Shown in pieces: positions 12,101 to 24,575 of a DNA stretch of 64,000 nucleotides. Every line of letters starts with the position of its first letter. Position 1 is the first letter of the stretch. Source of the stretch: Raillietiella orientalis (taxonomy: Eukaryota); NCBI GenBank assembly GCA_036172245.1, contig JAYWIR010000020.1, forward strand, positions 1,054,001 through 1,118,000, in the 5' to 3' direction. The notes under the pieces were generated by a model. The model made no database searches and was not told the origin of the DNA. It worked only from the letters and a program-made list of their open reading frames with translations. A program made the position numbers and the translations under genes.

Positions 12101-14699
12101 AACTGATAACCTATGAACACTTGATGATGTGAATTTTCTTTCTCCTTTTCAAGAGAAAATTTGCGAAGAATTTTCAAGAGGAATGGAGAATTCAATCCTC
12201 ATATCGTTTCGGGAACTCTATAGACATTGAAACGTCTCCTGTTGAGCTCATTGGCATCAGGAATTCCCGAAGAAAAGTGTCAAGATGTAGTAGAAATCAC
12301 TCTGCGGTTCCTTTAATTAAGAACATGAACTCTGCGCAAGCAGTAATACATTTAATCTCTAGCACGCCACAGTTTGCTTCTATGAATGCATAAGAAAGAA
12401 TCTTGTCTGCACCAGCAAGTTCGCAATTTTCCCTGCAAGGAAACTCCGCAAAGCAAGTCCCAAACAAAGACGAATATATGAAGAACTTCATTTTACTGTA
12501 CAGGAAGCATGCAGAAAGTTCTGTGATTGCTTCAGCCATTTCTCATACCCACTCGTGTACGTGATGGCAGTAGTAGAACTTGCCTCCTACGTGTTTGTCT
12601 GCGAGGACCCAATGTGAAGCATAGCAGGCAGTTTAGTTATATCTTTTATAATGAAAAAGATTCACTAGTTGCAGCTCAGAGTAAATGCTAAAGAGTGCTC
12701 AAATCGCAATCAGCTTTACATCATACCTATGGATTATCTGCAAAGAAATCACCCGTGGATTATCTGCAAGGAAATCTCGCATTCATTTCCTAGGATGTTT
12801 TTTTGTCTATAGTAAAACGACGGATCTGAATCAATAGTCACAAGAAAAGCAGGATAAGGACCAGTAATTGGGTCTTCCAGTTACGTGCTTATGTTTACTG
12901 GATGCAAAACATAGTCGGAATGCAAGTACCTTAGGTTGTAACTCAGGAGAAGATTTGGTTTGGGAGCTCTGAAGATGCACTGATGAGGACCTGATAGAGC
13001 AATTCATCCTAATGACAAGGAATGGAACTATATTGAAGAAGAACTGCGGCAAAGACGGAAACAGAAATCGGAGTTGGACACCACGAATTCCAATGTTCAG
13101 CTTACAGAAGGGCTACAGCCAAGCAGCTGACACTCAGAGCAGAATTTCGGGAAGGTGACGGAAGTGAACCATGATGCGAATACTTCAGCATCCGGAATCA
13201 GACTCTGGCTCTCATGCCAGCCTCAGAGAACAGTGTTATGGTGAAGTTTTGATTTTAAGGGAAAATAGGATAGAAGGGTCTTCAAAATCTGATGACAACA
13301 GCGTCATGAAACGAGGACAAATGAAACAAAATAATGCCCTGCAAAATCGAATCATCCGTTTAATTCGCACTTTGACCTCTTTCAACCTGGATTCTGAACA
13401 CAGCAAGGAACAATCCTGCTTGATACCAACTCAGAAGGCATCTTGCTATCCGGAGACCAGTGAACTAATGTATTCTAGAGTAACCAATGTACTGGCTTTG
13501 AATTAACTCTCTATTCCTACTGTATTCTAGAGCACTCGACAAGAAAACCTTCTTAACAGAATAAAAACTCTAGAACAGTGAAAATCCGTAAACTAGTAAG
13601 GCTTTAAGTTTTAATCTAGGAGCATTTTCTTTTGTGGCAGAATCAATGGCCCTCTTGAGAACTGGGGTGGTTAGGAGACAAACCTATATAGAGCCGGAAC
13701 CGAACACAAGAGCACTTTCACAAAGTAGCAAATCTTCAAACTGTTATCTCTTTATTTCATGATATCATCACGAGGATCCAAAAGCGGATCTTCCGAATCA
13801 CATTTGAAAGTACTTTAGAAAGTATTGATGGTTACTGGGCACGCCCTCATACATAAGCCAGCGGGCCTCACTTCATGGAACACCGTGTCAAGAGCTGCTC
13901 GGTTCAAGCTTCTCTAAAACTTTTTCACTCTAAGCTGGAACCTTTGCAGATCGTATGTCGTCTACACTATCGTAAGGTAACGCCTCGTGTTCCACTCGAC
14001 TTTCCCACTGTACCCTAAGTGTCTTTATAATTGCATTTGGTTATCATTTGCTATTACTGGAAATATAGGAAGGCAGTATGAGTACTTTACTTAAGTGTTT
14101 GGCTTAGATGTTCTGGGATGTTCCAGAAACAGTCATTTCTTATTTCTAAGGAGTAGAAAGAGTTAAAAATGTTTTTTTAAGGTAACGAAAACAAAGACTG
14201 CCTGCAAAGAAATTGACAGATGCATTCGTGGCTTTTGCCCATGAAATTGAAATTCGATTCGAAAAAATGATTCGGCACTCGTTGCTTCCGACTGCCCTCC
14301 GTCATGAAATTCCAGTCGCCTTGAGGGGCCCATCGAGGTTTTCGCTCTGTTTGACCTGCGACATGGGGAGTCACCAGAGACAGTGGTCAGATTTTTGGGA
14401 CCGAACCGAGAATTTTACCTGCAATTTTAGAAGACATCTGCTTCTTTCTCTCATCTAAGCGACTATCAAAGCCTAGGCGACACGTAAAATCTCTTGCAAA
14501 AAAAGTGATCTTTTCAAGCCAGTCAGCATGAAAACGCTCACCGCGAACACTTTCTCGGAACTTCAGGTGAAGGGTTTTTGCTTAGCCATCAATTAAATCA
14601 CATGTGGCTGAAATCAATGCAATGAATGAAAACGAGGGACTCTATCGCCGCAGCATATGTTAGCGGTGGTGTTAAGGTGATAATTTCTTTTCCATGTAT

Positions 14700-15000
14700 A
14701 CAAATGGTTTCGAGCTTCGAACCGTGTTACAGGAGAAACGAAACATCTCAAAGAATTTGGTATTGACAGAGCATATGCATTCATGAGAGTACAAGGTTAA
14801 GAAGAAGACATTTTCGAGTGCAGGTCCTAACATCTGCACACATAAGTTTAGGAAATCCTAACGCTGTGTGGTCAAATATAGTGGAAAATAAAGTGTGCTC
14901 TTCTGTATCATGCTTTGGGGACTTTGCGTGTAGAACAACGTACTTCTGAGTCCAATGTTCTCTCTCCACCATGATAAAGCTACCATATAATTGCATCTAA
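14700..15000 (-). mobile_element. L1-type AP-endonuclease remnant
   Basis: GSFIMV...QKYVVLHAKSPKHDTEEHTLFSTI...LMCADV resembles GRYIMV...NVYAPN...FF...ILCGDFN. Confidence 0.45.
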
Positions 15001-17353
15001 TCTTCTGTGATTCCTCATTTTAAATCGGTGATGAGAGTTGTTCTCTTTCTGTTGACTTTTTTTTAGAATTCCAAGCTTTCTATTCGGCATTCACTGCTTC
15101 TCATGGGAAAGACTGAATTCGTCATTCATCATTTGTCGGGATGTTTCATGATCCGTTCTATTTAATCCTGAACTGTTTTCGAGGTTCTCATTGAGCAGGT
15201 TATTTATCTGCTTGAAAAGGAACTAAATCTCTGTTCACGATGAATAGTGAGAAAAAGGATCCATCCTCAACTTTTCAACTAGTTGTGAATTCAGCAAGAC
15301 ACATACAAAGCAATATTACAAGTTGTCATTGGAAACCATGCGAGAATGTGCAAATCGCTTGAGATCAAAGTTGAACCTATTTCGGCTTTTCGGGAAACAT
15401 GAATGCATTTCTGTAGAGAACCGCATTATCATTTCCCTCCTCCGTCCAAATAGGTGTCTCTCCTCTCTTCCACTTGACCTGAATAATTTCTACCGAACCC
15501 AATATTCTCCTCCCACTTACAATCCAGAGACATTATCTCCAGCTGTTTCGCGCTCAGTAAGCAATAACCTTTTTACTCAGTCAATTTCTCTCCATTCTCA
15601 GATCTAGAACGCATATGCAGAAACCGAGGACTACACGTAGCAGTTTTGCTTGTGATTCTGATGTGGGAAAGAGCCCTGCAAAGGGACTTTTTAGAGCACA
15701 CGAGAAACAACGTCCTAGGACACACTCTTCCTTAAGCGAAAGTAGGACAGCTCTGCAGGACAGAATCAATTGGAGGTATCGCTATGGTGCATCTACAACA
15801 TACCTCGTTCGATGGCAAAGAGCGAGGCAGCAACATTTGGACACAAGGAAGAAGTTTCAAATTTTTCTTGGGAGTGTTTAGTGTTATTGGATCAAGACAG
15901 TCAAACCATTCGGCGTTGAGAAGCTTCCATTCATATTTATATAATTCGGCTAAAACTGGTTACTTCACAATGGAAAATGGTAGAGCTTCCCAGCAATGGA
16001 AGCTATATGCCATGCAATTTCTTAATCTCCTTTTGGTCCTGTGATTGAAAACATTATTCAGCATTTGGGGAAGGAAGAAAAATAAGATACATCAATGAGC
16101 AAAATGAATTTTTCAAAAGAATGCAATTGTGGAAGTGGTCGGCACTATCCAAGAGTAGACTGGAAGTAAGCGCTCTATAAGAAAATCCTACAACCTAAAG
16201 GAAGATGCTCTGCCTGCAAACCTGAGCTTGGATCATTTCATTCCAGCATCTGAGTGCTTAACTGCCTGACTGTCCCAACTAGTATGAATTAAGAAATGCA
16301 TCCCATTCCCTGCTCTGCTGAGCATTCTTGAATACGTATTCGCATCAGAAGAAGCAAGTTCTCTTTCTCTGTCCCTAACGATGATCAAATCAAATCAGAG
16401 TGGCTCCTCTATATCCGAATCAAGGAATCCTCTGCCTCTAAATTCAATCTGAGACGTGAATGCACGTGTGATTTTGTTGCATCTGTCAAAAATTGCTTTT
16501 CTCAGGGTTTCGTGTGAATGCACGAATCCAAGCACGCATCCGTTATGCTGATGATCACCGAGACGGCTAAATGACCCATCAAAAGATTAGAAGCCTGCAT
16601 ACCGTTTTCGTAATCAGAATACACTGAAGAATGGTGCATTTCCTTATGTTCCTATCATCGAATCGGACCAGATGCTCACCAGCTTTGCACATTCAGCAGA
16701 ACTGTTGTGAACTTTTGTGAGTTCTTGCAGACTTTGGAAATCAAATCTCACTATTCCCCGTGCACTTCTGTCTCCAAGTTCTGTATGCATCCTGCTTAGA
16801 GAAAAAAAAACAAAAAAGGATACACCCATAATTTCATTTACTTTCGAACCACCACTAGCGCATGCTCGCATCGACGATTCAAGATAAACGCACGTGTACA
16901 GTGTTTCGTTCCGTGTTCACTTCATCTGGATAATTGTAGTCTTTCCCGACACGGATCTTCACGGCATGCCAAAAACTTTATTCCCGAAAGGGTGGATTTG
17001 AACTTGAAGCCACAGTGATGTGTCACATCATTGAATGTGACTTCAAGGAGTATCCGAAGATACGCTGATAGCCCAATACAAGCAAAGGTTGTTCTGAAGG
17101 AAAATCAGGGAAAGTCCTAAATCAAAGCAAATCCCCATTGCCCGCCGAATTTGTTGCTTTGGAACCATTTTTTAGCTATATCTATAGCTGCAGAACGTGA
17201 TCATGGTTTTGCATCTCACGTGTACGTAGAACCAACGAATTGTGTTCTGCTTGTTCTCTCCTATACCACCGGTAGCATCGCAATGTTTGCAATGCAGTGT
17301 CTGATGGAGATCTTCTTCTCAACATAAACACCCCTTCAACTCTTATGCTCCTG

Positions 17354-18060
17354 TCGGAGGCCTTGAGGTTACGGTGGTCTCCGCGCTTGGCACAATGCGC
17401 CGTGGGTTCGAATACTCCGAAAGGAATCGACGCAGTGCGCCGCGGGTTCCGAGTTCACCCCACAAGATGACGCTGGTTGGTCTGCATTTATTCGGGTGCG
17501 GCACTGGTAGCGGTTAAAACCGGATGTCCCTCCCAATGAGGGTCGGGACAAATGGGAGTCGACATCCGGGTCCTTCCAGGAATCACGGAGTGGAAGCTCC
17601 CCTCCGGTTGTGAAGGAGAGGATCCCCATTCTGGGGGGACCTTCCGCGTCGTACTGATGGAGAAGGTGTGTCGCCACCACCTCTCCAGAGAGTGCAGAGA
17701 AGGGAGCCGATCCCTGCGGGAAGCTGCGTCCTTCTGAATTTCGGAAGCGTCCCTTTTAAGTTCACTTCTGAATAGTAAAAACAGGAGCGGATCCCTTGAA
17801 GGGGATCCCTCTGGAGAAGAAATTCTAGGATCGGATCCTTTCCGGATTTCCTTCAGAGAAGTAAGAATGGAGCGGACCTCCCGGGGGGTCCTCCGGAGAG
17901 AATAAGGAAGGAGGATTCCCTTCTGGATTTCCCTTCGGAGACAACCAGGTTGGAAGTCATCTCCATTTCCGGGGATTCCTCCCCAGGCGTGAGAGGAATG
18001 GACTCCGAGTTCTTCCTAGATTCATAGGGCAGTCCCTTCCGGGGTTACCCCCTATCCTGA
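17354..18060 (+). repeat. Structured GC-rich interspersed element, copy A (SINE-like head plus hairpin array)
   Basis: Colinear with 22379-23050 at high identity by eye. B-box-like GGTTCGAATAC at 17405-17415 and ~42-nt hairpin units at 17702-18040. Confidence 0.85.
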
Positions 18061-18099
18061 AGAATTACCCACCCTCGGCTGGCGTGGAACCGTATTGAA

Positions 18100-18440
18100 G
18101 AACTCGTATGCTCACCCCACCAATCATAGTTACTCCTTCCCATTACTAGAACAACTTCCTTCTCCGTAGAAAGCGAAAGGGAAAACAAAAGAATGGATAC
18201 CCACATTCCAAAAGTGGATGATGGAAAACTTTCCATGGTGCGGTGCCTCAGCCAAAAAACTGGAAAAACATAGCTCCGAAATTCGAGTGAGCACGGCATC
18301 AAGCAAGCAAACATAACACTGTGAGGCTCCCAGGAGATATTTGCAGAATTCACAACTGGCGACGACGGAATCCAGCCTCTTTGAATTCCTTTTCTCCTTG
18401 ATGGCATCTGGCTCTCCGCTCAGTTAAGACACCACTCAAA
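18100..18440 (-). mobile_element. L1-like RT thumb remnant
   Basis: Frameshifted PVVNSA/KYLLGA (like VKYLG), preceded by an SG-x-x-LN-x-x-ES-like motif. Confidence 0.4.
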
Positions 18441-19249
18441 ATCAGATATGTAGAATAATAAGTAATGTAAAAAATGTCCTTCTAAATTAACTGAAAGCAA
18501 ATGTACCAACCCTGTCTCAAGTCTCATTTAACCTGTCTCCGTCTACTGCATGTTAATGAGGGAGGATGTTTGGAGTTGAAACATCCACTTCCGCATTTTT
18601 ATTATTTCAGAGATTCATTTACTTCTTCGCTCATTTTCTCGGAGGAAATCTTGGTTTTCGCGGCTCTCACAGTATTTGGATGCAGCTGATTCATCTCAGA
18701 GAAGTTTTATCCTTCAGACCAAGCAAACATCCAACTGGTCCGGCAGAGCTCTCCTTCAGTTCATTCAATTTGTGGTAGCATTTGAAGGAAAACGCATTGG
18801 ACATTCATGGCTACGGAGTCATCTGGCAATTTTGAAAGCAAATAGCTCACTCATTGCGAGCCTTTTCTGGGACGTTCGGCAGGACCGATTTTCGAAAAGG
18901 GGGACTCCATTTGGTTTTACGTCCAATTGTCCTTGTTAGGAAAGCTTGCTCATGTGTGGTTCTGTTTTCGTGTTATTTTTTTCAGATATCGCAAACAATC
19001 TTCATAATCAGATTTCTGATGAAGTACTTTCCAGATAGTGCCTTTGAAAAAAAAAGCCCCCCCCCAAAAAAAACAGAAACCACGTTAATATTTATTGGCT
19101 AGTAAGATATGACGAGTCAAATGCCCTCTCAGAAAACATAGTTCCGCAACGCTTTTTCCTCCTAGAATTAACAGCCAGGAACTGAGAGGAATACCTGAAT
19201 AACCACGAGAAAACTTGGTAATTTTTCCCTGGGCCGTTGGGTAGAAAAC

Positions 19250-20075
19250 TAACGCTGCGTCATTATAATGATAAACTGTTGGAACACTTCCTTCGCGAGT
19301 CGCCCCTGCAGTTGTCCGTGAGGTAATCCCGTCTTCCTTTGGTTTGATCCTCTTGTTTTATTCTCCTCTGTGTTATTCCTGCTCGTCAGGAGAGCATTTC
19401 GCAGATGTGCAGCGGGAATCGAGAAAGAGATCAAACTAGGTCGTGCCCAAGGTTGTGATTAGAAACCGGAAACGCATTTTTCGCCTCGATGCCCTTTCCG
19501 ATTTTCTACTTTCTGAAAATTTAATTTGAAGTCTTGGAAACCTCTCCTTAGAAAAAAAACTGGACCGGGTGAGTTCTACTCGTCGACTTCGAATGCAGAC
19601 GGCGACATGCTGAAGTTCCACTACGGTACCACGCAAAAAATACCAGAAACGCTTCAACTCCATAAGCACCTTAATTAATAAAAGAAAAAGTAACAGAAAC
19701 ATGATGGGAGCTGCAGATGCACGTTTCGAAAGATAACCGGAGAGCTTTCAAGAAAATGTTTTGCTGCAGGATTTCGTGCGCCTTTTGAAAATGGCTTCTT
19801 TTGAACGGCACTTCTTTAGTTCAGTTGATGTCCATGGAATTTCGAGTTTTGTTGAAGCGTTATGCAGCTAGTTAATTAGTGTGATTAAAATGAAAAGTCA
19901 TGATGGCCGCTTTGCTGCTGTTGAGATGACATGCTTTCCGACCAGTGTCCTGGATGTCAACGTAAAGAGTTTCAACCAAGAGCGAGTAAAGCGTGGGTTT
20001 GACCTTGTTTTTCTTTAAGTGACAAATTGTCCTTGCCAGAGTGCAAAATGCAGATTCCATCCCTGGAGGTGACAA
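19250..20075 (-). mobile_element. L1-like ORF2 remnant (end of endonuclease and linker)
   Basis: CIRSRRVELTRSSFFSKER resembles IRSR..W...GEKS.KFF. Upstream TLYSLLVETL resembles RIDY.LVS. Confidence 0.4.
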
Positions 20076-21199
20076 ACGATTCAGAGAGATCGTCTATGAG
20101 CAAAATTTCCATTTAACATTGCAAGAATATGTTAACAGTATCCGCAATGGTAGGGGGTTTGCACCAAAGTGAAATCAAGGAGTTATGGGAGATACAGTCT
20201 GAGCTAGATGAAGGCATGCTCAAATTATATAGCTTTCCTGCCTTAATTGAACAAATTTCTCAGAGTGAATTCTACAGACGCAGAAAACTGATGGCAAAAG
20301 GAATGAGGTGATTCTTCAGAATTTGAACAGCAGCGGCCCGTGAAGCACAGCAGGAGCAAACGGATTCTGTTGGAACATCTTGCTGGTGGTAGATGCTTGT
20401 TATGGGCATGGTAGGGTTGATTCAAAGTCAATAGTAGCTCCATTTTCGAAGCACCTGCTAAGTTCATCCAATCTCATTTTCAAGAAATCAGCTGGAAGTT
20501 AGCTGATTAGCTGAAAGAGAAGTAGCAAATGAGAAAATTCTCAGCGACAGGGGAAAAAAAAAATCAAAAAGCAGTAAAAAAATAGCTATTAAATGAAACT
20601 TCCCACGTAATTAGATCCGCGTGGTCAGGATTCCAGACTTTTACTCATTAAAATTCCTCTATTGCAGCTTCACATTTCATATTACGATCCACAATCTTAA
20701 TTCATTCTTTCTTCTTACGCAACGTATTAGTGAAAAATTAACCTGCTGCCTTCTGGAACAGCATCTAGACCGTCACGTCTTTAGAACAGGACTGTTTTGT
20801 TCAACATCCTTAGACGCAGCCTTGAACTAAAAAATATAAATTCCAAAATTAACACCTTTTTACCTTATCTTTCAATTGTAGATAAAATAGACTTCGAACA
20901 ATCAATACGTAAACTGCTTTCAGATGTTTCACAGAACTGGAATGAATCAATAGCTGCAAAGCAGCTATCACATAAGACGACCTCACAAACGGAATGCTCG
21001 GTAGATCAGTTCTCATTCCATAGACAGGGCCTATTCCTACCGAGCTTCACTGCGGTGTTATTCCACAATCTCTGTTCGGGATCGGAACTGATGGAAGGCA
21101 AGGCAAAGGTCTGTGAGAGTTCACTACTCTCCCAACGACACACAAACCCATGGCAGCATGAAGGATTTTGGGTGAAAGACGAGGTGAGCCAAGAAGCGC

Positions 21200-21800
21200 A
21201 GTGCCTTTAAGGCAGTTGTTATCAAAAAATCATGGGGGCTACACGAGTTACGAGAACACCGGCGATATCCCACCGTTTCGCCTTTCTAGCCGATGGGAGT
21301 CCACCAAGATATCGTTTCAATACGGTTTGACATGGAGAGCACGGAACCTACAATCAGAGATGTGCATTACCAAGAAACGGCGGAATTCTCAATCTCTCTT
21401 CCCTGTATTGAAAGGAATAAAATAACCGGAAGCGGAGAAGAGTCTCTGCAGCATGCATCCGCACCTCAAGGTTGTCAAAGTATCCCCCTTTAATTTAGAA
21501 CCAAACGGCGACACTTGGCCATTCCATGCGCTGGCACCTCAGATGAAGAAGTTTCGGTCCCTTGTACGAAAAACTCCATGCATCCATGGGATAGAATCCA
21601 AGAACTCATCTTTGCGTTTGCAGTGAGCCACGGAAACAAAAAGGAAGCATAGGAAAATTCCTCCACAGAGCTAGCAAACGAACTCGCTGTCCAAACTCTC
21701 CAGACTGATCCTGACAGGATCCCATGATAAAAAGCGACACAAAGCAACTTTCCATGCGAGATATGAGCTTTTCTTTTCATTTTCCAGTACTCACACACAT
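21200..21800 (-). mobile_element. L1-like RT remnant
   Basis: Decayed LVLN...CCRDSSPLPVIL...GREIENSA resembles VNG...GVRQGCPLSPLLF...G.EIK.SAYADD. Confidence 0.4.
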
Positions 21801-22378
21801 AACAACAGGATGTGCCTTACGGTATATTCTATGAAAAATGAAACAAAGAACCTTAGAAACAAGTATAAAGACGACAGCTGCTTTCTGGAACTTTGTGATT
21901 ATTTTTCCTGCAGCTGTCAAACTGCAGAGGTCGTTGTGTACAGGAATGCCTGTTCGTGAGGGATCTCTTGCCTAAGAAAGCTCAACCCTCCGTGAGTTTT
22001 CTGAGTAGGACGGCACGATGCTTGTAAGAAATGCAGTTCTGCGCTCTCTTCATTTGAGGCGCAGATGCACTGGATGGCTGCTCCGTAGATGAGAGAAACC
22101 CAACAACGTCAACGAGGCACGCCACCCCACTATCAAAATTTTCCTTTCCGGAATCAAAGGAGAGCGAAGTCACAACGAACTGATCATGAGTTCAAGAAAG
22201 AAGAGGTCAGAGATCTCCTATCCTCAAGCAGCCATCCAGTGCATTAAAAAACACTGTGATTCTCAAATAATATCAGAGATCTTATTCATCCTTTCACATC
22301 AGAGATTAGGATCCATTGCATGCAACTTCTTAAAAGCAATGTACTGCATCAGTAATCGAGCAGATGCCTTAACCCGCA

Positions 22379-23050
22379 TCGGAGGCCGTGTGGTTACGGT
22401 GGTCTCCGCGCGTGGCACCATGCGTTGTGGGTTCGAATACTCCGAAAGGAATCGACGCAGTGCGTCGTGGGTTCCGAGTTCACCCCACAAGATGACGCTG
22501 GTTGGCCTACATTCATTCGGGTGAGGCACTGGTAGCGGTTAAAACCGGATGTCCTCCCCCAATGAGGGCCGGGACAAATGGGAGTCGACCTCCGGGTCCT
22601 TCCAGGAATCATGGAGTGGGAGCTCCCTCCGGTTGTGAAGGAGAGGATCCCCCATTCTGGGATGACCTTCCGCATCGTACTGATGGAGTAGGTGTGTCGC
22701 CACCACCGCTCCAGAGAGTGCAGAGAAGCGAGCCAATCCCTTCGGGGAAGCTGCGTCCTTCTGAATTTCGGAAGCGTCCCTTTTGGGTTCACTTCCGAGG
22801 AGTAAAAACAGGAGCGGATCCATGCGGGAGATCCCTCCAGAGAAAAAATTCCAGGATCGTATCCTTTCGGGTTCCCTTCAGGGAAGAAAGAATGGAGCGA
22901 ACCCTCCCGGGGGTCCTCCGGAGAGAATAAGGAAAGAGATTCCCTTCTGGATTTGCCTTCGGAGACAACCAGGGTGGAGGTGTTTTCCATTTCCGGGGAT
23001 CCTCTCCAGGCGTGAGAGGAACGGACTCCGAGTCCTTCCTGGATTCATAG
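22379..23050 (+). repeat. Structured GC-rich interspersed element, copy B
   Basis: Direct repeat of 17354-18030. A-box-like TGGTTACGGTGG at 22391-22402, B-box-like GGTTCGAATAC at 22430-22440, hairpin array at 22728-23050. Confidence 0.85.
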
Positions 23051-23159
23051 AGCGTAAAGTTTATGCAATGAAACTTTATTTCTCATATGATATTGATGCC
23101 TTTGACCTTTGTAAGTGACAATCACGGAGCGAATGTCTTCTGAATCCTCTCTTTCCATT

Positions 23160-23810
23160 TTCTCAGTGGGCGAAGAGCGGCGAACCAGAATCCTGAACCC
23201 ACGAAATGGAGTGTAGGTGGTCATTAGTGTTGTCTTCGCAAAGGGGATCCCCAGACTTAAGAGTCTAAACAATTTGCGCGATAGTCACCGATGGAAGAGG
23301 GTCTCATAGCAAGCCAACCGCTGATGGCAATTTTTATTTGTGGAGTTAGTTTTCTCAAAGGTGCTCTCTTTCTACTGCAATCTCCTTTTCATCAACTCGT
23401 CTGTTATCTGGAATTTAGCATTACTCGACGATTTTCGCTTCTCGTCTTTCTTCTTGGTCAAAGTCATCTCAAAGATCGACGCGCAGTTTTCACGTTCAAA
23501 GAAAATTCCATTCTGGTCCTACAAAGGAAATTTTTCTCTTGGACCTGTTCGGTCTAGAAAGTGCGAATTAGTGTGTCACACTTCCTGCGGCTCTTTTGAG
23601 GCTCCCGGGGTGAAAACGGCAGCCTCCGATGACAACAGACTTGATTTTGAATCTCCTTTCTCGGCATGCATCCGCCAATATGCTCTAACATTCTCCAAGA
23701 AACCCTTCCTTAAATTGAACTTTCTTTCGAGACACGACTTGTCCTTCCGGAAGCTACTTTTCGACTTGTACCAAGTGTCCCCACAGTGAAACACAATGAA
23801 ACACATTTGG
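23160..23810 (-). mobile_element. L1-like ORF2 linker remnant
   Basis: KFNLRKGFLENVRAYWR resembles the post-endonuclease WKFN..LL.D..F...V...W motif. Confidence 0.35.
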
Positions 23811-24575
23811 GGATCAGCAAAAAGAAATTTCAGTTATACAACCATTAGAAGATCATTTCACATGCGTCTCGTTCATCACGAAAGGTTATTGTTTTTTTTT
23901 TTTTTTTAATAAACTCATTTCTGAAAATTTTGCAGCATTTACATTCCTTATGGATTATCCTTTGTGCCTTCTTGTAAATGATACCGTCTTCCTTAGTGCA
24001 CATGTTGGAGATTGATCTTTCCGTCAAACAAATTGTGGCATTTTTCCGGGGTGCTCCAAGAATCTTCCCGGGGAACTTCGTGTGCAATGCTCTCAGTGTG
24101 CTCGCTGTTGCTTCTTTTCAATGATTCAGTAACATCAACTTAGTTACAAGCTTTTTTGAAGCTTTTTGCTCACAGTTACTGATCCATTTCATATGGAAAT
24201 CGGATGCTGCGATTTCATAATTCTTATCTTTTTTTCCGGTTGCTAGAAGATTTGAGAGGTGATTTTTACTTCCTTCGGAAAGTTCATCATGCCGTTAGAA
24301 TCAACTTTTCCAAGTCTCTGCTTTGTGGATGAAAATAAATCCTGACTCGTGCAACCGTTACTCTAAGAAATGCTTGCCAATCTAGAAGTGAAATGAACAC
24401 TGAGGAACAAATTACGATGAATCTTCAGGGAAACTTGTTGCGAACGCAGCTCAAGAGATCAGCAATCTGAGGTGCTTGCCTTGATGAGTGAACTGGCAGA
24501 CATGTGGATGAATATGGATGGACATCCACGGGAAGGAGAAATGCGAATAGCTTTAGTTGCTAAGTGTGTTAATAT

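Noticed and set aside
12730..12777. Short tandem duplication tggattatctgcaa.gaaatc (similar ones at 29935 and 48429)
   Set aside because: Two-copy local slippage duplications with no array structure.
17702..18040. CRISPR-like array of palindromic repeats
   Set aside because: The repeats are highly diverged, the linkers are only ~10 nt and similar to each other, there are no cas genes, and the context is eukaryotic.
22395..22422. Resemblance of ggtctccgcgcgtggcaccatg to the 3' end of an HCV-type IRES
   Set aside because: The match is short, lies at the wrong end of the element, and the other IRES domains are not recognisable.
22394..22990. 198-aa - strand ORF with F-x-PEG-x-P peptide repeats
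   Set aside because: The frame is broken by indels in copy A. Tetraloops, the B box and the LINE tail all point to the opposite strand, so the repeats are better explained by the nucleotide hairpin array.
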